A DNA stretch of 64,000 nucleotides from Octopus bimaculoides (taxonomy: Eukaryota), in the NCBI RefSeq assembly GCF_001194135.2, contig NC_068998.1, positions 19,361,296-19,425,295 on the forward strand. The letters are read 5' to 3'. Within the stretch, counting starts at the first letter, position 1. Every line of letters begins with the position of its first letter. Position numbers and translations under genes: made by a program. Under the pieces are notes generated by a model, which did not search any database, was not told the DNA's origin, and saw only the letters and a list, made by a program, of their open reading frames with translations. Shown here one piece after another: positions 1 through 11,766 of this stretch.

Positions 1-127
1 CCCTGACCATAACCCTAACACTAGTTTTGTGAGATTTGGCTGTTATTTCTAGCATGTAAATAGCCTGCTTGGTGGGTGGGGGGAATTGAAATTTTTCAAA
101 CAATTTTTTTTCAGAATCGGAATCTCC

Positions 128-707
128 NNNNNNNNNNNNNNNNNNNNNNNNNNNNNNNNNNNNNNNNNNNNNNNNNNNNNNNNNNNNNNNNNNNNNNNNN
201 NNNNNNNNNNNNNNNNNNNNNNNNNNNNNNNNNNNNNNNNNNNNNNNNNNNNNNNNNNNNNNNNNNNNNNNNNNNNNNNNNNNNNNNNNNNNNNNNNNNN
301 NNNNNNNNNNNNNNNNNNNNNNNNNNNNNNNNNNNNNNNNNNNNNNNNNNNNNNNNNNNNNNNNNNNNNNNNNNNNNNNNNNNNNNNNNNNNNNNNNNNN
401 NNNNNNNNNNNNNNNNNNNNNNNNNNNNNNNNNNNNNNNNNNNNNNNNNNNNNNNNNNNNNNNNNNNNNNNNNNNNNNNNNNNNNNNNNNNNNNNNNNNN
501 NNNNNNNNNNNNNNNNNNNNNNNNNNNNNNNNNNNNNNNNNNNNNNNNNNNNNNNNNNNNNNNNNNNNNNNNNNNNNNNNNNNNNNNNNNNNNNNNNNNN
601 NNNNNNNNNNNNNNNNNNNNNNNNNNNNNNNNNNNNNNNNNNNNNNNNNNNNNNNNNNNNNNNNNNNNNNNNNNNNNNNNNNNNNNNNNNNNNNNNNNNN
701 NNNNNNN
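128..707. other. Assembly gap (N); other gaps at 4674-5268, 25654-25944, 29460-29960, 49755-50079, mostly next to (AT)n, (AG)n or poly-A
   Basis: Runs of N. VPS13 reading frame and homology continue across the three intragenic gaps, so no exon appears to be missing there. Confidence 0.99.
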
Positions 708-1647
708 ACATATATATATATATATATACGCACACACATATACAACAAGTTTCTATACAGTTTCCGTTTACCAAATTCACTCACAAGACATTAATGGCCC
801 GGAGTTATAGTAGAAGATACTTGCCCTAGGTGCCTGAAACCACGTGGTCGCAAAGTGTGCTTCTTAACCACTCAGCTTGCTCTGTCATTTACTAGTCAAT
901 TCAATACATTTAGTCAATTACGTCTTTACTCCCACGCAAAAACAAAAACAAAATTGCATACCTGGCATAGAAAAAAGGACATGGTTTCTTCAAAACAGAC
1001 TGACCAGTTATAGTGTATTTCAGAATTAATACTTAATTTTCTGGTTTATTTATTTCTTGCCATGTAATTTTTTACTTTGAGAATCACTGCCTTGATCATG
1101 CTCAAGTGAGACCCATAATGGAATTCTTTCCCCACATCAAGACAGTGCAGCTATTCCACAAATTACTCACCTACACATGCCAACCTTTGACCTAGAGATG
1201 TTGGGGTGTTGTTTCTGCTCCCTGCCTTTTCTACTTCAATTATGGTGACCTCTGTTCTATCAAACTAACTGGTTTCATGTCACTCCACTCATTCCCTAAG
1301 GTTGTGATTTCACTCATCTCTCTTCCTGTCATCGACCATATTGTGTCCACATACAGCATTGTACTAACACCCCTCTACCTTTTCATAGTATCATCCGTCT
1401 TCAATTCTCTCCATGCCAATATTGTTCATGCAGTTGTCAGTTTACAAGCTATTCAAGTGAACCCTCAACAGTGTTGATTGCCCTGATGTCAGGTTCTGCA
1501 AAAGCCCTTTTCTCAAGACCTAATCACAATAAAATAAATTAATAAATTAATTAGAAGCTGCTGAAAGTAGTTACCAAAATTTTATGGGCAAAATAAATGT
1601 GATAGTATCCTGTTTAGAGGATATTTGTTTCTCATCTGCTTCACAAA

Positions 1648-2235
1648 ATCATCATCATTGTTCAATGTCCGCTTTCGATGCTGGCATGGGTTGGCTGGTT
1701 TGACTGAGGATTGGCAAGCGGGGAGGCTGCACCAGGTTCCAATCTGATTTCGCAAGGTTTCTACAACTGGATGCCCTTCCTAACACCAACCACTCTGAGA
1801 GTGTGGTGGGCGCTTTTTACGTGCCACTGGCATGAGGGCCAGTCAGGCAGCACTGGCATTCACCATGCTCAAATGGTACTTTTTGCATGCCAGTCAGGCA
1901 GTACTGGCGTTGACCACGCTCAAATTTTGTTTTTTACATGCTACTGGCATGGGAGCCAGACAGGTGGCACTGGCATTGACCATGTTCGAATGGTGCTTTA
2001 TACGTGCCAGTCAGGTGGCACTGGCATCGGTCATGCTTGAATGATGCTTAATATGTGTCACTGGCACAGCTGCCAGTCAAGCGGCACCGGCATCAGCCAT
2101 GACTATGATTTCACTTGGTTCAACAGGTCTTCACAAGCTCAGCATGTTGCCTGATGATTGAAGGGTACTTTCAAATGGGCCAGTTATGTGACACTGGCAT
2201 CAGCCATGGCTACGAGCTCACTTGGCTCGTGGATA
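1648..2235 (-). mobile_element. RTE 3'UTR copy with (ATG)n tail and internal tandem repeat
   Basis: Collinear with 23427-23960. Confidence 0.85.
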
Positions 2236-2604
2236 TGATACAAGAAATTAGTTGGGGATAAAGGCTTCTAGGGTTCTGCAATGCAGATGACCTAACCTAA
2301 CCATTTACTACGATAACCACAGGAAACCAACCAGACACCTAATCACCTACAAAGCAAACACACAAACTACTTAGAATTTATATTCACCAGGAAACAGGCC
2401 AAATAAATGGTTACAAACAAATCTTTCCATGGAAGAATGTACCACTCACAATGGACTTGTCATTTGTTACTTCAAACTAAGAACTTAGAGGAAGTTACAA
2501 CTTGGAGAAGGGAAATATAGAAACTGAAAGAGACCCAACAATTTGTAGGTTCAGAGAAGCACTAGCTGATACATCTGACAGTAGGAAAGATCATCATGAT
2601 CATG

Positions 2605-3060
2605 ATCATTGTTTTAATGTTCCCTTTTCCACGTTTGCATGGGTTGGACAGCTTTTATTGAGGTAGATTTTCTATGACTGGATTCCTTTCCTGTCACCAA
2701 CCCTCACCTGTTTCCATGCAAGGTAATATTTCAACATGGCCAAACATGTTCCCACATAATATTAGAAATGAACGACGCTGCTTTTATGATAGTAACAATC
2801 ATTTTACAACTCTCATGCAATGTTTAGACAAAGAGACAAACATACACACACTCACACACACAATCCATATATACATACATAACATACATACATATTTGTG
2901 TATATGTATATCATGGGCTTTCAGTTTCTGTCTATTAAAACTGTTCACAAGGCTTTCGCTAGCCTGGGGCTACAGTAGAAGACACTTGCTCAAGGTGCCA
3001 CATAGTGGAACTGAACCCAAGATCATGCGGTTGGGAAGCGAGCTTCTTCCTATAAAGCCA
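2605..3060 (-). mobile_element. Composite SINE: family-B head + (TG)n + RTE-like 3' tail ending (ATG)n; same build at 21945-22310 and 45160-45520
   Basis: Three copies share the same module order; tail-only copies at about 10485-10725 and 14850-15035. Confidence 0.8.
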
Positions 3061-3327
3061 TTCCTAAACTGAGGGCTACAGATCAGATATCTAACTGGGG
3101 CAAGATTTCATCCAGATGGAAGATGATATGGTGTTGAAATAGTACTACAGTTAGAGACATGAAAACTGAAAGACAGACCTGGAAAGACTGTAAGAAATGA
3201 GGTGGTAGAAAACAGTATGAAGTAGCTGAAAGGGAAGCAAGACATTAGAAATACATGCTAAAAGTCATGCACCAAAACAGTTGACATTTTATTTATATTA
3301 CATTATTATTATTATTCATTTTATTTA

Positions 3328-3548
3328 GGTGGAAAGCTGGCAGAATTGTTAGTATGCTGGGCAAAATGCTTAGTGGCATATCATCTGTCATTAGATCCTG
3401 AGTTCAAATTCCACTGAGGTCAACTTTGCCTTTCATCCCTTCGGAGTTGATAAAATAAGTGCCTGTTGAATATTGGGGGTCGATGCAATTGATTTACACC
3501 TCCCCCAAACCTGCTGGCTTTGTACCAAAATTTGAAACCATTATTATT
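3328..3548 (+). mobile_element. tRNA-derived SINE family A (gcctttcatcc...gataaaataagtacc CORE-like domain, (ATT)n tail)
   Basis: Other copies at 20075-20200(+), 22312-22470(+), 28230-28340(-), 42640-42842(+), 44575-44775(-), 61100-61270(+). Confidence 0.82.
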
Positions 3549-4001
3549 CATTTTGTTCAGCATGTACAAGTACGTGTGTATTCAACATTATTTTATTTAT
3601 TTTACTCAATTTTAGAAAAATTGAAGCATGCCTTTGACAATTCCAGAGCATATAGAACTTGTTTTGTGCATGACTTTTGGCCCACCCTGTTCATTGAGAA
3701 GAGGCTGAAAGTAAGAGGCTTATACATGTTCGGTAATATAAGGATTATAGGTGTGAAGTGTGTTGAATTGCAATGCAGTGTACTGGAGAGTATTGTGATA
3801 TTGTTGTGGAGAAATATGGACAAAATGATAGGTTCACACATTCTTACTTGGGCTGAGCAGAAAAAAGGCATGACGAGCTATTATGAGAGCACACACACAC
3901 ACCATCATCTCCATTTAACGTTCATCTTCAATACTGGCATGGGTTAGGGAATAATTCCCTTAGCAGAAGAAGTAAATTTTCATCCAGATAAATATAATAT
4001 A

Positions 4002-4231
4002 CAGAGGCTGGACAAAATAATGGAAACATCTAGCATCATAATTTTGAAATATCTATACAACTGTCAAAAGCTTGTCTATTTTTATGTTTTTTTGATTTAT
4101 TATTAGTGTTGCTTAACATGTTTTGCTAAAATTGCTATTTCTTTTCAGATACCATCCGAAAAAAGTAATTAAGATTCATTAAAATGACAGATCTATCAAA
4201 CTTTGAAAGAGGTCAAATTGTTGGTGCTCGT
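4002..4231 (+). mobile_element. Tc1-like transposon 5' end (TIR plus start of transposase)
   Basis: TA|CAGAGGCTGGACAAAATAATGGAAAC terminus; ATG at 4184 gives MTDLSNFERGQIVGAR, a Tc1-type N-terminal HTH start; truncated after that. Confidence 0.75.
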
Positions 4232-4491
4232 ATTACTACTTTGGTTCAGTTTTTCCCCACCCATTTCCCAAGACAATAGTGAGGGTGTAGGGACAGACGA
4301 AAAACAAATATACATATATATAGTTAAAAAAAACAACAAAGTGAGGACGTGATATGGATAGTATTATTGGACGCTCAGGAAAGGAAAGAGAGAGTGTATG
4401 ACATTTCGGGCGTAGCCCTTCGTCGGAAAGATGGAAAGTTCGGAGAATGGAAGAACGGAGAAAGAGGAAAATGGTACAGATGCCCACGAGG

Positions 4492-4530
<39 letters not shown>

Positions 4531-5297
4531 CACATACATACATGGAAAGCCTTCCTTTTGTACCTCACTATAAATTTTTAAAAAAATATTACACATGGTG
4601 GAAAATTGATTTCCTATCATGTCTTACAATAATAATGATGAAAAAGTCATAAATATTATGAATTTCTATTAAANNNNNNNNNNNNNNNNNNNNNNNNNNN
4701 NNNNNNNNNNNNNNNNNNNNNNNNNNNNNNNNNNNNNNNNNNNNNNNNNNNNNNNNNNNNNNNNNNNNNNNNNNNNNNNNNNNNNNNNNNNNNNNNNNNN
4801 NNNNNNNNNNNNNNNNNNNNNNNNNNNNNNNNNNNNNNNNNNNNNNNNNNNNNNNNNNNNNNNNNNNNNNNNNNNNNNNNNNNNNNNNNNNNNNNNNNNN
4901 NNNNNNNNNNNNNNNNNNNNNNNNNNNNNNNNNNNNNNNNNNNNNNNNNNNNNNNNNNNNNNNNNNNNNNNNNNNNNNNNNNNNNNNNNNNNNNNNNNNN
5001 NNNNNNNNNNNNNNNNNNNNNNNNNNNNNNNNNNNNNNNNNNNNNNNNNNNNNNNNNNNNNNNNNNNNNNNNNNNNNNNNNNNNNNNNNNNNNNNNNNNN
5101 NNNNNNNNNNNNNNNNNNNNNNNNNNNNNNNNNNNNNNNNNNNNNNNNNNNNNNNNNNNNNNNNNNNNNNNNNNNNNNNNNNNNNNNNNNNNNNNNNNNN
5201 NNNNNNNNNNNNNNNNNNNNNNNNNNNNNNNNNNNNNNNNNNNNNNNNNNNNNNNNNNNNNNNNNNNNAAAAAAAAAAAAAAAAAAAAAAAAACAAG

Positions 5298-5369
5298 TTC
5301 CCATGCCGGGAATCGAACCCGGGCCGCCTGGGTGAAAGCCAGGAATCCTAACCACTAGACCACATGGGA
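5298..5369 (-). tRNA. tRNA-Glu (anticodon TTC)
   Basis: TCCCATGTGGTCTAGTGGTTAGGATTCCTGGCTTTCACCCAGGCGGCCCGGGTTCGATTCCCGGCATGGGAA, 72 nt; acceptor and anticodon stems pair perfectly (CCTGG-CTTTCAC-CCAGG); A and B boxes intact; oligo-T Pol III terminator follows 4 nt downstream. Confidence 0.96.
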
Positions 5370-8169
5370 TACTTGATGAAATATTGCAAAATATAAATTT
5401 ATAAAAGGAAAATAATTTCTCAGCTAAGACAGTCGTTTAATGCTAAATAGACATGAAATTGATCAAAATAAATATTATATATTAATTAATAGACCGTATT
5501 TTAATGCTCAACTGTTCTATTGAATTATTTCTCAATATATAGAGCCAATATATAATTTTTCTCTTAACAGGGTGTGGAACTGAGCGTTTTCATGCAGTCA
5601 TGTGCAATCATTATCCTTACAGGTTATTCGCAGGTATTTCCCTTCAGCCATATTGCATATCGTTAGAATTGCCTGTAATTTAGCTGAGGCTGTTAAACCT
5701 CAGGCCAGTCTTGACTGAATAGACTTATGATCAAGGTTGTGACCATCCTCTCTTTATGTATATCAGGAAATAGACTTTTACTTCAAGACAGTAGCATGTA
5801 ATTTGAGGGAATTTGGCCGCTATTTGTTGCATGTCGTCAATCGTGTACTTAGTGTTTTTCAACGTTTCCACTATTATTTAAGCCCTTTCATTGCCAGGCA
5901 GAAATATAGCATTACAAAAAGGCCATTTTAACAGCGTTATAGACCCGCGGGCAATTCAATAAATTGGGCCCTATAGTATTTATTTATTGTCAGCAAGTCA
6001 CAGCCTACATAGATTACAATTGCTCCCCCTCCCCATATGCCCGCGATAACTGTTCAATGTGCCCATACTTTTAGACGGCACTGATCAAAATCAGTTCACG
6101 TGCAAGCAATTACATCGTGGTAAAATACATCATCTGTAATTTTATCACAAGGTAATTATCACGAGCTACACAACATCGATGTACATTTCAAGTACATCGT
6201 TTGTCAAGTCACCCCCGGGCTTTGTTTTATCTTTTGTCCGCAGAGTAAATTACGTTGCTTGATATGATTTAGTTTTTATTCGCAGAATAAATACGACGCA
6301 TTTTATTAACAACGAAAAAGATATTTTTTTTATAAAATCGGCATGTCTACAGCAGCGTGCCCCCTCCACAATTTGTTTCCTAATAACTTTCAGAAAAATG
6401 GATATTTTTTAATGACATTTTCTACAAATGCCTTTCAGATGGTTAAATTATGATTACATTGGAATTTGTTGTCACCCCCCCCCCAAAAAAAAACCCCGCA
6501 GGTGTGGGAGAGAGAGAGAAGTTTCGAATAATTAACATAAGTCAACTTTGTTTCTTCATAACTTTCAGAAAAGTGGGTATATTTCAATGAATTCATTCCA
6601 TCATATAATATGAAAACTTTTAGAAATCGTAGGGAAAAAAATCAATCAAGAAACGAAGTAAAAATCGAACAATATATCACTGGTGCAGAAATTTCACACA
6701 AGAGAATATAAAGGTAGTCCAGCGAAAATTCCGCGTATCGTCAATGGATATCCAAAGTTGTGAATTATTGGATCTTTTAAACGTGTCATTGTTCATATTT
6801 TGTCTTTTATAAATATTTCTTCCTTCCAATATATAAAAAAGAAAGAAGCATTATCCATTCTCTAAATTGCAATAATTTGTGATTCTATTTTCAGAATTAA
6901 ACATGAATTTTTTTTTTCACGAATATTTATAGTAAATTTAATATCAAAAATTATTTTTTTTGTGTCTTTGAATTTCTTTTTTCATTATTAGTAAAATTTG
7001 ATATATTTACTCTGCAAATAAAAATCAAAACAAAACAACCGTGAATAATGTTTCGCAATTTATTATTATTTACTGCAAGACAAGAAAAAACAAAAACAAC
7101 ATAACATTTACCGACGTATCAGCTCGTGATGTAAATTACCGGGAGATTTATTTTACCGGACACCATCACAATTTGTCACGCTTTCGTGCCTCCCCCGCCT
7201 GTCGTTATGTGACCAATGTGCATGACCTCTGTCATCAAAAAGGATGCGTAATCTTAAAAAATATTTTATTTTTAATAACTATAAATTTCTATAATATCGT
7301 ATGATCAGGTATTATACGAACTATTCTTTGTAGTTCTATCCCCAGCGGATAAATTTACCCACGGGTTGAGACCGACGGGCGCTGATGGTCCCTTAATTTC
7401 TTGATTAATTTATCTTTACTAAACATGCATCAGCACTCGTGTTACTTACCCGGATTTTCAAAATTTCTTTCTTTAAAATTTAAAAAAATAAGTAGAAAAT
7501 ATTTATGAAAAAAAACCCAATCATTATAATCTATCTATCTATCTATATAAACATCTTATATCCTGTTTCAACGTTATTGCGCTAATATTTGTAAAGTGAA
7601 TTTCACGGGAAGAAAATTCCCGCCCTATGTTAATTAAGTTAGAGCAAGCTGTTGTTTAAGGCTCTTTTGGAGTTTTAAATCGAATATTCGGATAAAGAAA
7701 GCCACAACAAAAGTTTTGTTTGCTTTTCTTAAGTAAACCACTATTTATTTAAATATGACAAAAAAAAAAAGACAAAATACAATCTGAATAAATAAGCATA
7801 CAAATTATTTATTTGCTGAATATCAGTACCAGAGGGGGGAAAAATCAAATAATGAAATTAAGTTTATAAGTGATTTGGTTAGTTGTGGAGAAATTTATAT
7901 AATATTGCGCCTAATTAGTCTTGAAAGACTAATAGAAAAGGTTAAAAAGAAAAAGGCAAAAGTCAATAATCCTATCAGTGATGGAAAGGTTTTTGGTGCC
8001 AAGTTCCATAAAGACAGAATTACATTATTTTGTTACTGAAGCTTTTAGTTTTATTAAAAAGAAAAGCTATTCATGTATGACAGAGATAGAATGTAAACAA
8101 TTTTAATTGTTACTTTCGTAAGGTTTGACGACTTTGTTTTTAATTCTATAGGTATTATAGTTATGTTAA

Positions 8170-8520
8170 TTCTCGCTCAGTCCTGATCAAAGGCTTGTAG
8201 CTGTAAACATCCCTTTTATTTTCATTTCTCTTTTCTCTTAATATTTTTTTGGGGACGTGAAGCGTACTTCATGATCCAATGTGTCCTTCCTTTTTCTTAA
8301 GACGATAAAATGTAATTGTGTAATTTGAGTAAGAATTAGGTGCTTTTGGTTGCATTACGGTTGTTGTTTAGCCCCTAATCGAGCAGACTCTCAATCAAAG
8401 GTGTTCTGGCCGTCACCTTCCCTTTTGTTTATATTAAGGATTACATTTTTCTGTGTCTCCCAGATTGGAAGGAGATTTGGTTGCTATTTTTACCAGGTCG
8501 ATCGATCGTTTAGAGATTCT
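8170..8520. repeat. Unclassified interspersed repeat (also about 1-70, 5690-5850, 20720-20790, 48430-49040, 52600-52700)
   Basis: Recurrent tgatcaaagg...ccaatgtgtccttcc...gagatttgg(c/t)tg(c/t)tattt blocks. Confidence 0.6.
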
Positions 8521-10747
8521 CTTGTTTGGTTCATGATACTAATTGTGTTTTATCACCACACATTAATTATCTCTTCTTTTCTTGTGAGTGGATTTGGTAG
8601 ACGGAAACTGAAAGAAGCCCGTCGTGTATATGTGTATATGTTTGTGTCTGTGTTTGTCCCCCCAACATCGCTTGACAACCGATGCTGGTGTGGTTACGTC
8701 CCCGTAACTTAGCGGTTCGGCAAAACAGATCGATAGAATAAGTACTAGGCTTCCAAAGAATAAGTCCTGGGGTCGATTTACTCCAGCAGATCGCGAAGAA
8801 GCTATAGAAAATATTTTATGCTGAGTGTTTAGATTTAGTCAAGTTTCGTTAATTTCATAACATGTACCATTTTTCTAAGACCCTCTTTTCAACTTGACTA
8901 AGATATTTTAGATATTTGTTGCATTTCTGATATCTAAAGATGGATATTGATGTGTATGAAATTTTTCTCAAACGTATTTCTGGAGAGGTAAATTTTATCT
9001 TGTCTTACTCATTTTGCTCTAGCTAAATTTGTCTTTTATACTCTCAAAGAGAACGGAGATAATTTTCTGAAATAGCGTTCTGACTATGTTCAAGTGTTTT
9101 TAACGCATTTAGAGACGGTCATTAGCTGAGATAGTTTCTGTAAAGCAGTGAACATTTGTAAATAAAAAAAAAATTCTTGAAGTAAAAAATACAGTAAATC
9201 TTACTTGTATCTCGCTGTTTTGTTTTGAGATATACTGGAATACTTTCAGCGATGCTAGGGGTGATGAAATTGAAAAAAATTATCTCTATTTTAATTGGTT
9301 TTCGAAATAATATCTGTGCTATTATTATCAAGCTGATGTTTGGAAAAGAAATTACTATGAAATTTTGATCACTTTTTATTGGTACCCACTACCTTCCACC
9401 CTAAAAATAATTACTACAAATTTACAAATTGTTTCATTGGTCTTTTTCTTTGGAAGATTCGATTTTGGTTTGAGCCATTCCTCGATGTACTTATTTCGCG
9501 ACTCATTTGAGAAAGAATTATCTCTTTTAATTCTAACCTGCATGCGACCGTCGCTCGTTCTATGATACAAACTGCCTGCTTTAAAGTGATCTAAATTTAC
9601 CAAGTTCGTTCCCTTAGGTAAGGCATTAACGTAGCAACACAGTATTTGCTCATTTCTAAAAGTTGAGTTTCTTCTACCTAACCGAAAGTAATTAATGGTA
9701 TTTGAATAAATTCCACGTTCATTTGGGTATATATTTCCATTTGTTACTTTCCTACGAATTTAGACAGCCAGACTTGAACAGTATTTCTATAGAATAGAGT
9801 GAAAAATTATCTGGTATGCCCAAAACCGTGATTTCTTCGGATCTCTATGCTTTAAACATCGTAGAATACGAATTTGCAATAAAATGAAATAAACAATGCT
9901 GGTGGTTACCTTAATTTTACAACGTAACAGATCCAAAAAATTTTGGAAAAAAAGTTAATGGAAAGGGTGGGGAGGGGCAAAAACGAAGCAGGTGACAGGT
10001 AAAATTTTTGACAGACGATGTTTTGTGTATTTTCAACAGCAATAATTTCAGGTGCTTAAATTGAAACAACAAAGATTATCCAAGTGGTTTCTTAATATAA
10101 TGTAATGAACTAAATTTTTTTTAGATAATTAAAAGTTATACCTAAAGAGAAGAAAACAAACCCATTAGCTTAATGATTAATTCTGGTTAACAAAGGCAGG
10201 TGAGGTAACTCCGAAAATAAAATTAAAAATTGAATACTCCTTCAGTAAGTACAGTGACTGCACCAACAAAATTTGGTGTTATTAGATCTCTTCAGCTAAA
10301 TATTTATGAGTATTTATAATTGATTGTGAGATATATATACACAACAGGCTTCTTTCAGTTTCCATCTATCAAATCTGCTCACAAGACTTTGGTCAGCTTG
10401 GAACTATAGAAGATGCTTGCCCAAGGTGCTATGCAGTGGAACTGAACCTGGAACCATTGTACGTGTATGTGTGCATGCATGCATATTAGTGTCTTCTAGC
10501 TAAGTCTTCATGTGATGGTTGTAAACAAATGTCACAGTTGTACAAGTGGTTTATTTTTTGTTTCTAGCTTTCTGTGAAATCATGTCTGGCCATGGGGGAA
10601 ATATTATTTTACTTGGAAGCAGGTGAGGGTTGGTGACAGGAAGGGCAACTGTCCATAGAAAATCTGCCTCAACAAAATTCCATTTGATTCTTGCAAGCAA
10701 GGGAAAATGGACATTAAACGATGAAGAATAGTAACTTAAGTAGAATC

Positions 10748-11044
10748 TGTAGTAACGCCGTGCGCATGCGTGGTCTCACGCATGCGTGGAATTAAACAAG
10801 CAAGCGTTCCCGCTTAATTCTATCTCTTTTACGGTCGGCTGACCATGATCATGGACGTGTTAAGCTGTCTCTCTACATCTTTCGGACTTACACTCGACAG
10901 CTCGCTTGCAACTACATACCCACGTCCCAACAACTATGTTCACACACAACAGAAGCTGTAACAACAAGAGCTAAAGATGTATATATTTACCACCTAAATA
11001 AAGTGTTGTTTAAGTTGATAGTCTGGAGTTCAGCGTTCCGTTAT
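10748..11044 (+). mobile_element. Possible solo LTR (~300 bp)
   Basis: Begins TGTAGTAACG, CpG-rich, AATAAA near 10997, ends CGTTATA (partial inverted match); no TSD found. Confidence 0.35.
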
Positions 11045-11159
11045 ATTCTTTAATTTTATTTAGGAAAGTCAGGTATACATCTAATGATGTATAACCAACT
11101 TTCCTATAAATCAATATGGCAAACAATTGAACAAGATTAAATACAACTTTTTGATTTGT

Positions 11160-11366
11160 TCACCTTCATGATATATAATGCTTATATATGCACATTGTTT
11201 TGAATTAATCATGCATTACCTTGTGGCTTCGAGATTTTGATGATGTGGTTGTTTTATTCTTAGAATGACATTGTAGTGAGTAGAGGTCAAAAACTGAATC
11301 TGGTCAGTTTGAAATTAAACAGGTAGAATATTTAGGCCTGATATACCTGGTTTAAATGTTAAAGGG
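11160..11366 (+). mobile_element. Same piggyBac-type MITE, left end degenerate
   Basis: ttgttttgaattaatcatgcatt...tttaaatgttaaaggg|TTAA. Confidence 0.72.
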
Positions 11367-11462
11367 TTAATTAAAAATATTTCTTGGATATAAGTTATCA
11401 TTTAATTCACTCCTCAATCCTTGAGGACTGAATCAAACCTTGGTTTGATTTGAACTGCGTAT

Positions 11463-11766
11463 GTTGTTGTTGGCACTCCGTCACTTACGACGCCGAGGGT
11501 TCCAGTTGATCCAATCAACGGAACAGCCTGCTCGTGAAATTAACGTGCAAGTGGCTGAGCACTCCACAGACACGTGTGCCCTTAACGTAGTTCTCGGGGA
11601 TATTCAGTGTGACAAGGCTGACCCTTTGAATTACAGGCACAACAGAAACAGGAAGTAAGAGTGACAGAAAGTTATGGTGAAAGAGTACAGCAGGGTACGC
11701 CACCATCCCCTGCCGGAGCCTCGTGGAGCTTTAGGTGTTTTCGCTCAATAAACACTCACAACGCCC
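11463..11766 (-). mobile_element. Same SINE family as 38132-38476, head truncated
   Basis: Near-identical reverse complement (both give the same spurious ORF: LRRRGFQLI...[10 protein letters not shown]). Confidence 0.9.

Noticed and set aside
49-829. Long ORFs spanning N-gaps (also 4589-5355, 25491-26045, 29308-30076, 49555-50143)
   Set aside because: Artefacts of translating N runs and adjacent (AT)n or (AG)n microsatellites
3459-3947. 162-aa plus-strand ORF
   Set aside because: Starts inside a SINE and ends in (CA)n; no recognisable protein features
11411-11450. Two adjacent short hairpins (tcctcaa/ttgagga; aatcaaacc/ggtttgatt)
   Set aside because: 7-9 bp stems are expected by chance in 64 kb of AT-rich DNA; no supporting context
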